64,000 bases of DNA from an uncultured archaeon (GCA_964508365.1 CAZDTP010000003.1:2589-66588), one strand, 5' to 3'. Shown: positions 51,217 to 61,750, counted from the stretch's first letter. The notes: a model not told the origin generated them from the sequence alone. Numbers and translations: made by a program.

Positions 51217-53079
51217 ATGCTACCCAAAAAAATGAAGGATTTTCTTAATGAACGCCTTCCAGAAGCCACGCTTCGAGCTAGAACTAAAAAAGACAATGAA
51301 AAATGTTATCTAGAATTTAGTAACTTTGACCAACACCTCTTATCAAGATTAGGAATTGTAAGTGATAAACTTGGTCCTCAACTAGTTGCTTGTATCTGGG
51401 ATGAAAATTCCGAACTTGAAATTGGTGGGTATTTAGTTGTTGATAATCTCTCTATGGGAAGACCTTCTATGGGTGGAATTAGAATGCTTCCAAACATAAC
51501 TCCTGCGGACATCCAAAATCTTGCTCGTGGCATGACGCTTAAAAATGCTGCTGCTAACTTACCATATGGTGGTGGAAAATCAGGAATAGTAGCTGAAACG
51601 AATATCTCATCGGAAATGCACGATAAAATTATAATTGGCTTCGCTCGATTAATAAGAAGATATAAAGATATTTATGTGCCCGGTCCGGATGTTGGTACTA
51701 AAGATGCTGACATGAAATTAATTGCTATTGAGAACGGTTTAGATAGTGCAGTATCTAAAACTGCTGATATGGGAGGTAATCGAATCGATGAATTAGGAGC
51801 TGCTGCAGGTGGAGTTGTGATCGCGTTACAGACTTTATTAAAAATTCTTCCCCGAATGAGAGTTTTACCTCAATTTGCAAATTTGGAAATACCCGATAAT
51901 AAAAAACTTACTGTCATTATTCAGGGTTTTGGAGCTGTTGGAGCACACGCTTCACGAATACTGTATGAACGAATACCTGATGCTAAAGTAATTGGTATAA
52001 GTGATCTAGAAGGATATCTATATAACGTTGATGGCCTTCCGATTAAAGATCTTTTTTCTTTATGGGAGGGTTCAGGATTAGTTACTTATAATTATTTCAA
52101 CGAGAAGATTATTTCAGAAGGGTATAAACATCCAACTAAATTTTCTACTGAAGCAAATAATTTACTTCTTGAAAATGCATTTTGTTTGGTGCCTGCTGCA
52201 CCAATCTTTAATTATTTAGGTGTGCGCGCTACTGACAATGCTTCTATGTTAGTTGAACGCATGGGAAAGTGGTCTGTAATTATTGAGGGTGCGAATACTT
52301 ATTCTCCAGATCCAAATCGAAAAGCTGCTCGAACTCGTATGGAACAAATAGTATATGGTGAAAAAGGCGTAATGATTGCAAATGATTATTTAGTAAACTC
52401 CGGAGGAGTAATTTTCGCAGCTCAGGAACATATTATCAAAACTCCGGATAACCTTCAAATCCCGGAAAATTTGTTAGGTGACCGTAAAGCAGTAGAGACT
52501 TGGTTAAAAGAGCACGAAAAAGATTTTGATGCGTTATCTAAAGAACGTCTTGCAGCGGGAGAAGATTGTAGAGAAAATGTAATTCATCATAATATGATTG
52601 AGTTGATTGATTTATTAGCAGCAAATCAAGACTTGTTGCCTTGTACTGCAGCGGAACGAGTTAGTCTTCAAAGACTCTCTGAAAAAGAAAAGCAACGTAC
52701 TGCGAAAGATATCATGGTGTCGATTCCAACTATTGATATCAATAGTAGCATACAAGATGCGGCGAAACTCATGATTGATAAAGCGAGCGGCATTATAGCA
52801 GTACTTTCTAAGGGAAAATTAAGTGGAGTTGTCACCGATTGGGATGTAACGCAAGCAACAGCTGAAGGTGTGAGTAACGTAACTTTAGAATTAGTAATGA
52901 CTAAGAATGTTATAGCAGTCGCTCCTGATTATTCTTTACTCGACATTGTACGTGATTTAGAGCAATATCAAATTTCTGCCATGCCAGTTGTTAAAGATGG
53001 AATGGTTCTAGGAAAAGTTAGCTCAGACTTAATTGCACAGCGATATATGTCAAGTCTTTTACAAGATCGTAGCCTTTAA
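51217..53079 (+). CDS. Glu/Leu/Phe/Val dehydrogenase with C-terminal CBS pair
   Basis: MGGIRM, GGGKSG, GPDVGT, QGFGAVG, EGAN, DYLVNSGG; two CBS motifs at the end. Confidence 0.88.
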   Translation: MLPKKMKDFLNERLPEATLRARTKKDNEKCYLEFSNFDQHLLSRLGIVSDKLGPQLVACIWDENSELEIGGYLVVDNLSMGRPSMGGIRMLPNITPADIQNLARGMTLKNAAANLPYGGGKSGIVAETNISSEMHDKIIIGFARLIRRYKDIYVPGPDVGTKDADMKLIAIENGLDSAVSKTADMGGNRIDELGAAAGGVVIALQTLLKILPRMRVLPQFANLEIPDNKKLTVIIQGFGAVGAHASRILYERIPDAKVIGISDLEGYLYNVDGLPIKDLFSLWEGSGLVTYNYFNEKIISEGYKHPTKFSTEANNLLLENAFCLVPAAPIFNYLGVRATDNASMLVERMGKWSVIIEGANTYSPDPNRKAARTRMEQIVYGEKGVMIANDYLVNSGGVIFAAQEHIIKTPDNLQIPENLLGDRKAVETWLKEHEKDFDALSKERLAAGEDCRENVIHHNMIELIDLLAANQDLLPCTAAERVSLQRLSEKEKQRTAKDIMVSIPTIDINSSIQDAAKLMIDKASGIIAVLSKGKLSGVVTDWDVTQATAEGVSNVTLELVMTKNVIAVAPDYSLLDIVRDLEQYQISAMPVVKDGMVLGKVSSDLIAQRYMSSLLQDRSL

Positions 53080-54176
53080 TGATACTTAAGAATACGATAT
53101 AAAGTGTCTCTTTGTGCCGGATGTTTTCCAGCTGATCGAATAATATCTATTATTTTCTCGGGAGTTAAATATTCTCCAAAATCAGCACCTGCACTTTTAG
53201 AGATATTCTCTTCCATTAACGTCCCCGAAAAATCATTAACACCAAAATTAAGAGACACTTGAGCAAATTTAGGACCCAATTTTACCCATGAGCATTGGAT
53301 ATTGTTTATATAGTTATTGAAAAATATTCTTGCTACAGCAAATAATTTCAAGTCAGCCATCCCATAACTTGCTTTTAAAGGGTATTCTGTTAGTTTAGAT
53401 AAAACAGGGTTCATGCTAACAAAAGATAGAGGAACAAATTCGGTAAAACCAGAGGTTTCCGCCTGAATATTCCTTAAAACTTGAAGGTGTTCTATTCTAT
53501 GTTGTAAATCTTCTATATGTCCATACATCATAGTTGAAGTGGTAGGGATGCCTGAATTATGAGCGATTTTTATAATATCAATCCATTGAGAAGTTGATAT
53601 TTTATTAGGACATATAACTTTCCTAATTTCATCTACTAATATTTCAGCAGCAGTTCCCGGCATTGAGTCTAACCCAGCTCTTTTTAATTCTTTTAAGACA
53701 TCTTCAATAGAAGAACCGTATAATTTTGCCATGTGGAATACTTCTTGGGGAGAAAAAGCATGAGTATGCATATTAGAATCAATTTCTTTAACAACCTTTA
53801 GAATATCTAGATAGTAATTAAAATCTAGCTCAGGGTTTATTCCTCCTTGTATACAAACTTCTGTACAACCTGCTCTTTTAGCATCAATTACATCTTCTCT
53901 GATTTCTTCATGGGTTTTTAAAAAACTCTCCTCACTTTTATTTGAAACGCTAAAAGAACAAAATTTACATCCTTGATAGCAAACGTTTGTGAAATTAATG
54001 TTTCGATTTATAATAAAAGTCACAAGATTATTTTTCTTTTCAAAACAAATCTGATCAGCTACCTGTTGTAGAGCAAAGAAATCTTTGCCGGTAACTTTTA
54101 GAAGAGCTAAAGCTTCTTCTTGGTTGATCTCTTCTGAATCCTCAGCTTTTTTGAGAATCTTATTTATTCCTTTCAT
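53076..54176 (-). CDS. cofH: FO synthase subunit CofH
   Basis: NRNINFTNVCYQGCKFCSF, EVCIQGG, HAFSP, PGTAAEIL, TMMYGHIE, SWVKLG, GTLMEENIS. Confidence 0.92.
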   Translation of the reverse strand: MKGINKILKKAEDSEEINQEEALALLKVTGKDFFALQQVADQICFEKKNNLVTFIINRNINFTNVCYQGCKFCSFSVSNKSEESFLKTHEEIREDVIDAKRAGCTEVCIQGGINPELDFNYYLDILKVVKEIDSNMHTHAFSPQEVFHMAKLYGSSIEDVLKELKRAGLDSMPGTAAEILVDEIRKVICPNKISTSQWIDIIKIAHNSGIPTTSTMMYGHIEDLQHRIEHLQVLRNIQAETSGFTEFVPLSFVSMNPVLSKLTEYPLKASYGMADLKLFAVARIFFNNYINNIQCSWVKLGPKFAQVSLNFGVNDFSGTLMEENISKSAGADFGEYLTPEKIIDIIRSAGKHPAQRDTLYRILKYH

Positions 54177-55278
54177 TCAAATTAATATTATCTATCGTTT
54201 TTTTAATATTTTCTGGGCAAAAACCATTTTTAGTAATATATTTCTCATAGACAGGAAGTCTCTCTACGAGTTGGTATCCCATCCTATTACAAATCGTCTC
54301 TAAGTATTCAATTTTAGGCCAAACATGTTTCGGGTTAATATAATCCAATGTATAGGGAGAAACACCTCCAAAATCATCAATTCCTAGCTCAATGGCTTCT
54401 TTTTCGTAATTTTGAATTAGATTTGGTGGTACTTGAATAGCTATCTCATTACCTAAAATAAGCTTTGCAAATCCCGCGGTTTTTAAAGTTTCTTCAATTG
54501 TTAAGGGGTTATCCGGATGGTATTCTATCCCTTCTTTATCAGTGAATTTTTGTATTATGACTTCTTGAATATGACCATATTTAGAGTGAATATCCTTAAT
54601 TAAAAGAAGGTCTTGTATTCTATCGTCAAAATTTTCTCCTATTCCTAGCAATAAACCCGTTGTAAAAGGGATTTTTAATCTACCCGCGTTTTTAATGTGT
54701 TTAATTCTGTTTTCTGGAATCTTGCCAGGTGAATTATAGTGAACTCCTCCTTCTTTGAGGAGGAGCTTGTTTGTACTTTCTATCATTAGCCCCATACTTG
54801 CATTACATTCCTTCAAACTTTTTAATTGTTCGTAAGTTAGTAACCCTACATTAGTATGAGGCAAAATATTTGCATCTAACAATCTGAAACATAAATTCCT
54901 TACAAATTGGGTAAAATCTTTAAAATTTCTTCCTTCCAACTCACTACGAACTTCATTATAGCTATCGGGAAATTCGCCTGACATTAATAGAGCTTCTTTA
55001 CAATTATATTGAGTGGCGGTTTGAATTAATTCATTAATTTTTTCCTCTCTAATTAATGCGACATTTTCTTCGTCAGAGCCCTTAGGAATTGTATGGTTGT
55101 AAAAACAATACTTACATCGGTTCTGACAATAGTTTGATAAGGATAAGGTAAAATTTTTGGAGTAAGTAATTACATTATGCTTTTCTCTTGGTAATTCTGC
55201 CCTTACTTCACTTATTTCTTCTTTTAACCTCTTAAGTGATAAATTTTTTAATCTTTCTAGATTCTTTGGTGCATTCAT
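54160..55278 (-). CDS. cofG: FO synthase subunit CofG
   Basis: ITYSKN, CQNRCKYC, LPHTNVG, SMGLMIE, IPFTTGLLLGIGE, HIQEVIIQ, DDFGGVSP. Confidence 0.9.
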   Translation of the reverse strand: MNAPKNLERLKNLSLKRLKEEISEVRAELPREKHNVITYSKNFTLSLSNYCQNRCKYCFYNHTIPKGSDEENVALIREEKINELIQTATQYNCKEALLMSGEFPDSYNEVRSELEGRNFKDFTQFVRNLCFRLLDANILPHTNVGLLTYEQLKSLKECNASMGLMIESTNKLLLKEGGVHYNSPGKIPENRIKHIKNAGRLKIPFTTGLLLGIGENFDDRIQDLLLIKDIHSKYGHIQEVIIQKFTDKEGIEYHPDNPLTIEETLKTAGFAKLILGNEIAIQVPPNLIQNYEKEAIELGIDDFGGVSPYTLDYINPKHVWPKIEYLETICNRMGYQLVERLPVYEKYITKNGFCPENIKKTIDNINLNERNK

Positions 55279-55946
55279 CGCTTCGTTTTTCTATATTTAA
55301 GAATTACATAATTATTTCTGCTGGTAACATTTATTAAACTATATCTTGGGCTCTCTATCATTTTTTCAAACCCTTCCCCTTCCACTAAGCTTACTGCATC
55401 TTTACCACCTACCATCCAAGGCGCAATAAATATTCTGATCTCGTCTACTATATTTTCCCTAATAAAACTCCAGTTTAAATTTCCTCCACCCTCTAGGAGA
55501 ATTCTTCTTATTCCCTTCTGATATAAAATGGGCATTAGTTTAATTATATCAACTCTACTCCCTGTCCCTGACTTTATAATCTCAATGTCGTTAGATTCGA
55601 ATTCTCTAATCCTCTCCACAGACGCATTTTCAGTAGTTGCTATTATGGTCGGATAAATTTCAGGTTTGTATCTAACTACATTTGATTCGATAGGTATCGA
55701 AAGAGTGCTATCTAACACAATTCTATAATAACTTTTGTGATCGTAGAACTTGATGTGCAATTTTGGGTTATCTGAAATAATCGAACATTTGCCAATCATG
55801 ATGGCATCGACTTCTGTCCTGAGCTTGTGAACAGCCATCCAATCTTCTTCATCTGAAATTTCTGGATCTCCAGTTTTAGAAGCAATTTTTCCATCGATTG
55901 TCATAGCAGCACTTAAAATTATGTAAGGTCGTTTATCTCCTTTCAA
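55275..55946 (-). CDS. 2,5-diamino-6-(ribosylamino)-4(3H)-pyrimidinone 5'-phosphate reductase (RibD C-terminal/ArfC-type)
   Basis: AMTIDGKIA, DNPKL, LLEGGGNLNWSF; probable TTG start at 55946 after GGTGGT. Confidence 0.88.
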   Translation of the reverse strand: MKGDKRPYIILSAAMTIDGKIASKTGDPEISDEEDWMAVHKLRTEVDAIMIGKCSIISDNPKLHIKFYDHKSYYRIVLDSTLSIPIESNVVRYKPEIYPTIIATTENASVERIREFESNDIEIIKSGTGSRVDIIKLMPILYQKGIRRILLEGGGNLNWSFIRENIVDEIRIFIAPWMVGGKDAVSLVEGEGFEKMIESPRYSLINVTSRNNYVILKYRKTKR

Positions 55947-57105
55947 ATACCACCACACCTTTAATGTAAGTCTTCTTTATATTCTCTGATTTAGTTCTTT
56001 GAACGATGATGTTGTAAATACTTTCAGAATCAATTTTATATGTATAATAATTTGGATGAGAAAGGTCAACTAAAAAGAAATCAGCATATTTTCCTGCTGA
56101 AATTGAACCATATTCTTTTTCTAATCCCAAATTTCTAGCAGCAGTAATGGTAACCATTTCTAGTAGATCCTTTGATGTTAAATTCTTACAATCCTTATGC
56201 ACGGCTAATACTCGGGAAATTCTATATAAATATCGCATTTCTTCGAATAAGTCAGTATTGTTAGCCATTACATTATCAGTACCGAGACTAATTGGGATTC
56301 CAAGATCATAAATCTCATTTATTGGCGGAAATCCACTTCCAAAATAACCGTTGCATCTAGGACATAAGACTAAAGAAATGTTTTTTTTTTTTAATCTTTC
56401 CAAATCATCTTTATTGTAGTGAGTTCCATGTATAACGACATCAATCAGCTGATCATTTATAATTAGATTGAAGAGTAACTCGTCTCTCGAGAGTTCACTA
56501 TCATGAGTCGCAATAATTTTGTCTAAATATTCTCTCTTCAAACCTCTGATAATTTCTTTGTGTTCCGAAGATAATTGATCGTAGCTAGCAAATCCCAAAC
56601 CATCAGCACATTTAAAAACGGAATCGATCTCTGTTGTATCATTAAATCTTCCCAAGATGCGATAGTTAATTGGAGACTTTTGCAATGCTTCTTTTAAAAG
56701 GGCAATGCCAATTAATCCATCTTCTCTAAAGTCGAAGAACATAGTTATACCGCTTGCAAGCATTTCTATCGCAGCCTCTCTTATTCCATGCATTTTTATT
56801 TCTTTTGAGGTTTTACTTAGTAATACATGCTTGATTCCATTTGGAGGAGCAACCGTTTCTATTAAATCTTTATTAAAGCCCTGTTCTTTCGCAAAACTAT
56901 CACAAATATGAACATGGGAATTAATAAAACCAGGGATCAATAGGCAGAACTGTTTTTTTTTGGAGAAAGTAATATCCTCTTTAATAGTATCGTAGAAGAT
57001 GTCTGTGATCTTTCCATTATCATCTAATTCTATTGAAATATTCTTTTTTAATTCTAATCTATCTCCAATCAAACCAAAGTTACTGCGAATGGTGGTGTTA
57101 GACAT
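55933..57105 (-). CDS. Metal-dependent amidohydrolase
   Basis: PGFINSHVH, HDSE, HGTH, LGTDN, GKYADF. Confidence 0.85.
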   Translation of the reverse strand: MSNTTIRSNFGLIGDRLELKKNISIELDDNGKITDIFYDTIKEDITFSKKKQFCLLIPGFINSHVHICDSFAKEQGFNKDLIETVAPPNGIKHVLLSKTSKEIKMHGIREAAIEMLASGITMFFDFREDGLIGIALLKEALQKSPINYRILGRFNDTTEIDSVFKCADGLGFASYDQLSSEHKEIIRGLKREYLDKIIATHDSELSRDELLFNLIINDQLIDVVIHGTHYNKDDLERLKKKNISLVLCPRCNGYFGSGFPPINEIYDLGIPISLGTDNVMANNTDLFEEMRYLYRISRVLAVHKDCKNLTSKDLLEMVTITAARNLGLEKEYGSISAGKYADFFLVDLSHPNYYTYKIDSESIYNIIVQRTKSENIKKTYIKGVVVFERR

Positions 57106-57172
57106 AGGACACTCAAAATTTTTTGTTCTTTCGATTAAAAAGCATTACCTTTAACGACAATCAAGACTACAA

Positions 57173-57730
57173 CTAGCTCTTTAGAAGTTCTAACGCCTCT
57201 GATCTGGTAATAGGATTTGTTTTAAAAATACCTTTTATTGCCGATGTTATCATTATTGGGTTAGATTGCTTTACGCCTCTCATTATTTCACATAAGTGAG
57301 TTCCTTTTACAATAACCATCACTCCTCTCGGTTTTAAAGCACACTCCATTAAGTAATTAGCAATGTCATCTGTCATTTTTTCCTGAACATTTAACCTATG
57401 AGTAAAATAATTAACAACCCTTACGAATTTTGAAATTCCTAGAAGATATTCTCCGGGCATATATACGATATCAATTGTACCATAAAAAGGTAAAATGTGG
57501 TGTTCACACATGCTGTAAAATTGAATATCCTTTGATATTATTATTTCACTATATTGTGCTTTAAAAATTTTTATATCCTTATCCAAATCCAGCTGATATC
57601 CGTCAAAAATTTCATTGTACGAGTTAGCTACTCGTCTTGGAGTTTCTAATGTTGCAGGTCTTAAATCGTCATTACCTTCAATTTCTTTAATGAGTTGGGT
57701 AATTAATTCTTGTACTCTTTCTTTATTCAT
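57173..57730 (-). CDS. folE: GTP cyclohydrolase I (type IA)
   Basis: ETPRRVA, SMCEHHILPF, GISKF, VQEKMT, HLCEIMRG. Confidence 0.92.
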   Translation of the reverse strand: MNKERVQELITQLIKEIEGNDDLRPATLETPRRVANSYNEIFDGYQLDLDKDIKIFKAQYSEIIISKDIQFYSMCEHHILPFYGTIDIVYMPGEYLLGISKFVRVVNYFTHRLNVQEKMTDDIANYLMECALKPRGVMVIVKGTHLCEIMRGVKQSNPIMITSAIKGIFKTNPITRSEALELLKS

Positions 57731-57885
57731 TTTTTTGTATTAATCTCTTTTTTAATTTATATATATTGAAATTTAGGAAAATATAAATAAATATTAGAAT
57801 TCGAAAAAAATCGCTGTTAAAGAATTTAAAAAAAGCTTTGAGCGTTCAATTCCTTTATTTTCAAGATTTATCTAACTGTTTATCA

Positions 57886-59004
57886 TTACTTCTTTAGGAA
57901 ATGTCTATAAATTGTCACATAGTTTTTTACACTTACTACTCTAGGATTACGCCTAAAATTAGAAGGAATAAGAGCACTACAGCGTGAACAGAGTTTTGAA
58001 GTCTGCATCCAATCTTTAAATTCATCAGCGTGGGAAGGATACCTGCAGTTTGGACATACAACTACTCCTCGTCCTCTATCTTCCGGAAGTTTTGGTAATT
58101 TAAAACAAAAGATACACTTGAAATCCTCTAATGTTAAATATGATCCTTTTGGTTTAAATTTGTCAAAATTTTGGATTTTTGAAGTTGATTTAGTTCTAGT
58201 TATATGAGTTGCATTTGATGTTTTTTTTCTAGTGGTTTGCTTTTTTGACGTAGGAGTTATTCTTGATGATTGAGTTCTAGATCTTGTTGTACGAGTAGTT
58301 GCTCTAGTAGAGGGTGTTGGATTAGTTACCCTTGTTGTCCTTACATTCTGTCTCTGTATTGTAGGTGTGGTTAAACTATTAATAGTTCTAGTACGATTTG
58401 CGATGTAATCACGAGTTAATGTAGGTAGTGATGAGCGTGTATTAGTAAATCCAAAAAGTATTACTATTAAAATCGTAGCAATTAATAGCAGCAAGAGATT
58501 TAAGTCTAATGGAAAACTTTCAATAGAACCATAGAAAGTTATCCAATAAGTTAGAATGAAAATAAGAACTGAGATTGATAACATGTACCCTAGCGTTCTC
58601 GCTTTTACTGCCTTTGTTCCAAAGTATATTACATTGTATTTCTTAAAACAACGATATAAAGAGTAAGAACCATACAATATGTAAGGAAAAGCAAAAATTA
58701 GGCTCCATAAACTAAAATATACCCCTCCGAGAAGATTTTCACCCAATACACCTGTATAAAAACCCCATATAGAATAAAAAATTCCCACACATAACGGAAG
58801 AATTACAAAAAATGCAGTATTTTGTGGTGAATTAAACTCACGATGACGTTTTATGTTTTCAAATATTTTTAAAGTGAATATTAACCATAACCCAATTAAT
58901 AACCAAGTAACAAAATTAGAAAAAGAATAGGAGAGTAAACCATGGATTGCACCAATTATTAGAAAAATAGTACATATTATTGTTATAGTTTTATTTCTTG
59001 CCAT
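57886..59004 (-). CDS. Multi-pass membrane protein with C-terminal RING-like zinc finger (putative E3 ligase)
   Basis: About 6 TM helices, S/T/R-rich linker, CIFC-x16-CPNC-x4-H...W...CSRC; last gene of the Ubl operon. Confidence 0.7.
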   Translation of the reverse strand: MARNKTITIICTIFLIIGAIHGLLSYSFSNFVTWLLIGLWLIFTLKIFENIKRHREFNSPQNTAFFVILPLCVGIFYSIWGFYTGVLGENLLGGVYFSLWSLIFAFPYILYGSYSLYRCFKKYNVIYFGTKAVKARTLGYMLSISVLIFILTYWITFYGSIESFPLDLNLLLLLIATILIVILFGFTNTRSSLPTLTRDYIANRTRTINSLTTPTIQRQNVRTTRVTNPTPSTRATTRTTRSRTQSSRITPTSKKQTTRKKTSNATHITRTKSTSKIQNFDKFKPKGSYLTLEDFKCIFCFKLPKLPEDRGRGVVVCPNCRYPSHADEFKDWMQTSKLCSRCSALIPSNFRRNPRVVSVKNYVTIYRHFLKK

Positions 59005-59036
59005 GGTTTAGATATCACCAAAGGTGTTTTTTATCT

Positions 59037-59843
59037 TTATTCATCATATTCTAAATATGCTGGTTTCCCTTCAATAATTGGATTCATGAATTCTAAAATT
59101 TCTGGTAACATTCTCACATCTAAATGGCCCTTAATATCAAAAGGTACCGAGTACCATTTTTTAGTTTTAAAATTTGCACGATAGATCTCAAAACCTACAG
59201 ATTTTCCGTTAATTTGATAAGGATCAATTACTAAAGCTACTGATTTATCCCAAAATTGCTGATATCGCCTTTGAGTCCCTAAGTCTTCTCTAGACATGAA
59301 ACATCCATATGAGGGATGAGAATGATACCATCCACAAATAAATTGCTTACTTTTTACAATATCTTCATATGCTCGAGTAAAATTGTTATAATCTTTAATT
59401 TCAGCATAGACTGCAGTGCCGTGACCCATTGGATATGCATCTTCTAAATATAATATTCCATTGTCATAGCTTCCAGCGAGTAACCCAATCACCTCAACCC
59501 AGTTCTCTTTCCTAATTTTGGAATTCGCATATTTCAACGAATGACTTGAGATCTTTAGGATAGCTTTTACAGTTATTTTTATCTTTGCAGAAATTTTATC
59601 ACTTTTATCACCTTTAGCGATAGTTATTACAGGTTCCATTGGAATTGGTTCTAATTTGGTTTTTATACTTTCTGAATGGTTTAAAGATTTCGCATCAAAA
59701 ATTTCAGCGGTTATTTCTTCCTGTAATTCTTCGAGTTGTAATTCGGTGTATACTTCCTCAAGTATTTCTTTTTTGATCTTTTCCTTTATTTTTTGTTTAA
59801 TTGCATCTCTAATTTTTTCACCATTCTCATCGTTAATTTTCAT
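59037..59843 (-). CDS. JAMM/MPN+ metalloprotease (Rpn11-like deubiquitinase)
   Basis: EVIGLL...GWYHSHP-x5-S-x2-D, LVIDP. Confidence 0.9.
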   Translation of the reverse strand: MKINDENGEKIRDAIKQKIKEKIKKEILEEVYTELQLEELQEEITAEIFDAKSLNHSESIKTKLEPIPMEPVITIAKGDKSDKISAKIKITVKAILKISSHSLKYANSKIRKENWVEVIGLLAGSYDNGILYLEDAYPMGHGTAVYAEIKDYNNFTRAYEDIVKSKQFICGWYHSHPSYGCFMSREDLGTQRRYQQFWDKSVALVIDPYQINGKSVGFEIYRANFKTKKWYSVPFDIKGHLDVRMLPEILEFMNPIIEGKPAYLEYDE

Positions 59844-59847
59844 AAAA

Positions 59848-60375
59848 TCACCATTTATCCTTCGCGTATTTCTTTACCAAATTCCTAACTTTTTTTTCAA
59901 AATTTTTCTGATCTTTCATCATCTCAATAGCTGCCTTTTTGTTAAAAACATCAGTTGGATTAACATATTTTCCACGAGTGTTTAACATAGCAATTATTGC
60001 TTGAACAACTGTAACCGCTGTTTTTGAAGGACTCCATCCCCCTTTTTTGCCAGTTAGAGAAGGATCTACTAAAGCTAAGCAGATATTTCTTTGTCCTTTA
60101 TATTCACTTGGCTTTGGCCAAAAGTTTGGATGCCATATCGGAGTATGCAATCTAACAAAAGGAGGCTGATTTGGATATTGAACAGGAAACTTCATTTCTA
60201 ATTTAAACAATCCTCCTGCATAAGCAGTGCCTTTAGGACCTTTAATCGTAACAGCTAAGTGATCGATGCTCTTTTTTTTTGGATTAAATGGCTTTAATTG
60301 GATAATTGTACCTTCCTTTAGCAACTTTTTTAGTCCCGCAAAATCTCGGGAAACTCGACTACTTCTTATACTCAT
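59848..60375 (-). CDS. Ubiquitin-conjugating enzyme E2
   Basis: GPKGTAYAGG, FPVQYPNQPP, WHPN...ICL (catalytic Cys), WSP. Confidence 0.92.
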   Translation of the reverse strand: MSIRSSRVSRDFAGLKKLLKEGTIIQLKPFNPKKKSIDHLAVTIKGPKGTAYAGGLFKLEMKFPVQYPNQPPFVRLHTPIWHPNFWPKPSEYKGQRNICLALVDPSLTGKKGGWSPSKTAVTVVQAIIAMLNTRGKYVNPTDVFNKKAAIEMMKDQKNFEKKVRNLVKKYAKDKW

Positions 60376-60441
60376 ATTCTTAACCCCGTTTTTTCTTTTT
60401 TTTCTTTTTAATATTTTAAAATTATATTTTGGATTAAAATT

Positions 60442-61677
60442 TTATTTAAATTTTAAGGTTACATAAATCTCTCCACCTTTAAACCCCGCAACTGTGAGAA
60501 ATTCGTAATTCCTCAAATCGTTTTGTACAAGAGTTTGGTCATTATCTAAAACGACAATATCATTAAAATCTAATAAAGTTAAAACCGGTTCAAATTCAGA
60601 TTCCAATTCATATCCATTTCTTTCTAGTGTTTTAATTAAATTTGTACAAGGTGAAGTACTCTTCATTTTAATGGAAACTCGTCTTACCTTTTTACCGCAC
60701 TGAGAACATTCTGGATTTCTCTTCTTTTCAATGTGGTATAGTTTCATTGTCACAGCATTAAATATCACATAACTTGTAATAGGCTGACCTAATCCTTTAT
60801 GACCCCTTTTCCAATGAAGGATTTTAACCACCTCATGAGATTGTAATGCCGAAATAGTTGCGTTAATTGTAATTATCCCAGGATCGTGGCGATCAATAAT
60901 TTTTACAATATCATCTTCGGTATATTCAGGTAAGAAATTGTGTTTTACAACAAGTTCATTTGCAACTTTTTGAATAAATCTAATATCTTCTACATTTTTA
61001 GGATTTGGATCTGTGTCAAATTTATCTTTAAAGGCCATATCTCCTTTAAAGACACAATGAATTCTTTTTCGAGGGATGCCAACCACCGTGCAAGCTGCCA
61101 TTTCATCACTTTTGAGATCTGGCAATGGATTGCATTCATAACATGCATTTCGATATGGAAATATCGTATATATGTGACCATAATAACCAGAAACCCCTCC
61201 ATCTACTAAAGGTTTTCTGAATCTAATGCATTGAGCGTTTAAATTTAGCCTTGCGTTCATTGAATCAAGACCTCCAATTACAACATCTGCATTATAATAG
61301 AGTGCAGGGTTTAATCTTTCTAAGGATGAATGATACCCTTTAACAATAATATTTGGATTAATTTCGACTAATTTTCTTGCAGCTGCAATTGCTTTGGGTT
61401 CTCCTAACTTTGCGCCCACAAACAGAATTTGACGGTTCAGGTTAGAATGTTCAATTATGTCTAAATCGACAAGATCTATATGACCTACCCCTAACATGGT
61501 TAAGTTTTTAGCAATTTCACATCCTAAACCTCCTACGCCAGCTATTAATACTCTCGACTTTTTTACTAATTTCTGGGACCATCCTTCTAAACGAAATTGA
61601 CGATCGTATAAGTCTCTCTCTTCTTCTGACATTCCCTTTGCAAAAAAATCTGAATTCTTACGCAATATTATCACCAT
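60442..61677 (-). CDS. Ubiquitin-activating enzyme E1 (ThiF/UBA family)
   Basis: YDRQFRL, GVGGLGCE, DLDIIEHSNLNRQ, GLDSMNAR, CYEC, catalytic ACT, CSQC. Confidence 0.92.
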   Translation of the reverse strand: MVIILRKNSDFFAKGMSEEERDLYDRQFRLEGWSQKLVKKSRVLIAGVGGLGCEIAKNLTMLGVGHIDLVDLDIIEHSNLNRQILFVGAKLGEPKAIAAARKLVEINPNIIVKGYHSSLERLNPALYYNADVVIGGLDSMNARLNLNAQCIRFRKPLVDGGVSGYYGHIYTIFPYRNACYECNPLPDLKSDEMAACTVVGIPRKRIHCVFKGDMAFKDKFDTDPNPKNVEDIRFIQKVANELVVKHNFLPEYTEDDIVKIIDRHDPGIITINATISALQSHEVVKILHWKRGHKGLGQPITSYVIFNAVTMKLYHIEKKRNPECSQCGKKVRRVSIKMKSTSPCTNLIKTLERNGYELESEFEPVLTLLDFNDIVVLDNDQTLVQNDLRNYEFLTVAGFKGGEIYVTLKFK

Positions 61678-61750
61678 TAATATTAATCAAAAAAATAAAA
61701 AAATTGAAGGGCTTTATGCCCTTACTATATATTATATTTTATGAAAAGAA

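Noticed and set aside
60080-60130. Intron as the cause of the short insertion between HPN and the catalytic Cys of the E2
   Set aside because: No stop and no BHB fold, only a short palindrome; E2 loop insertions are common
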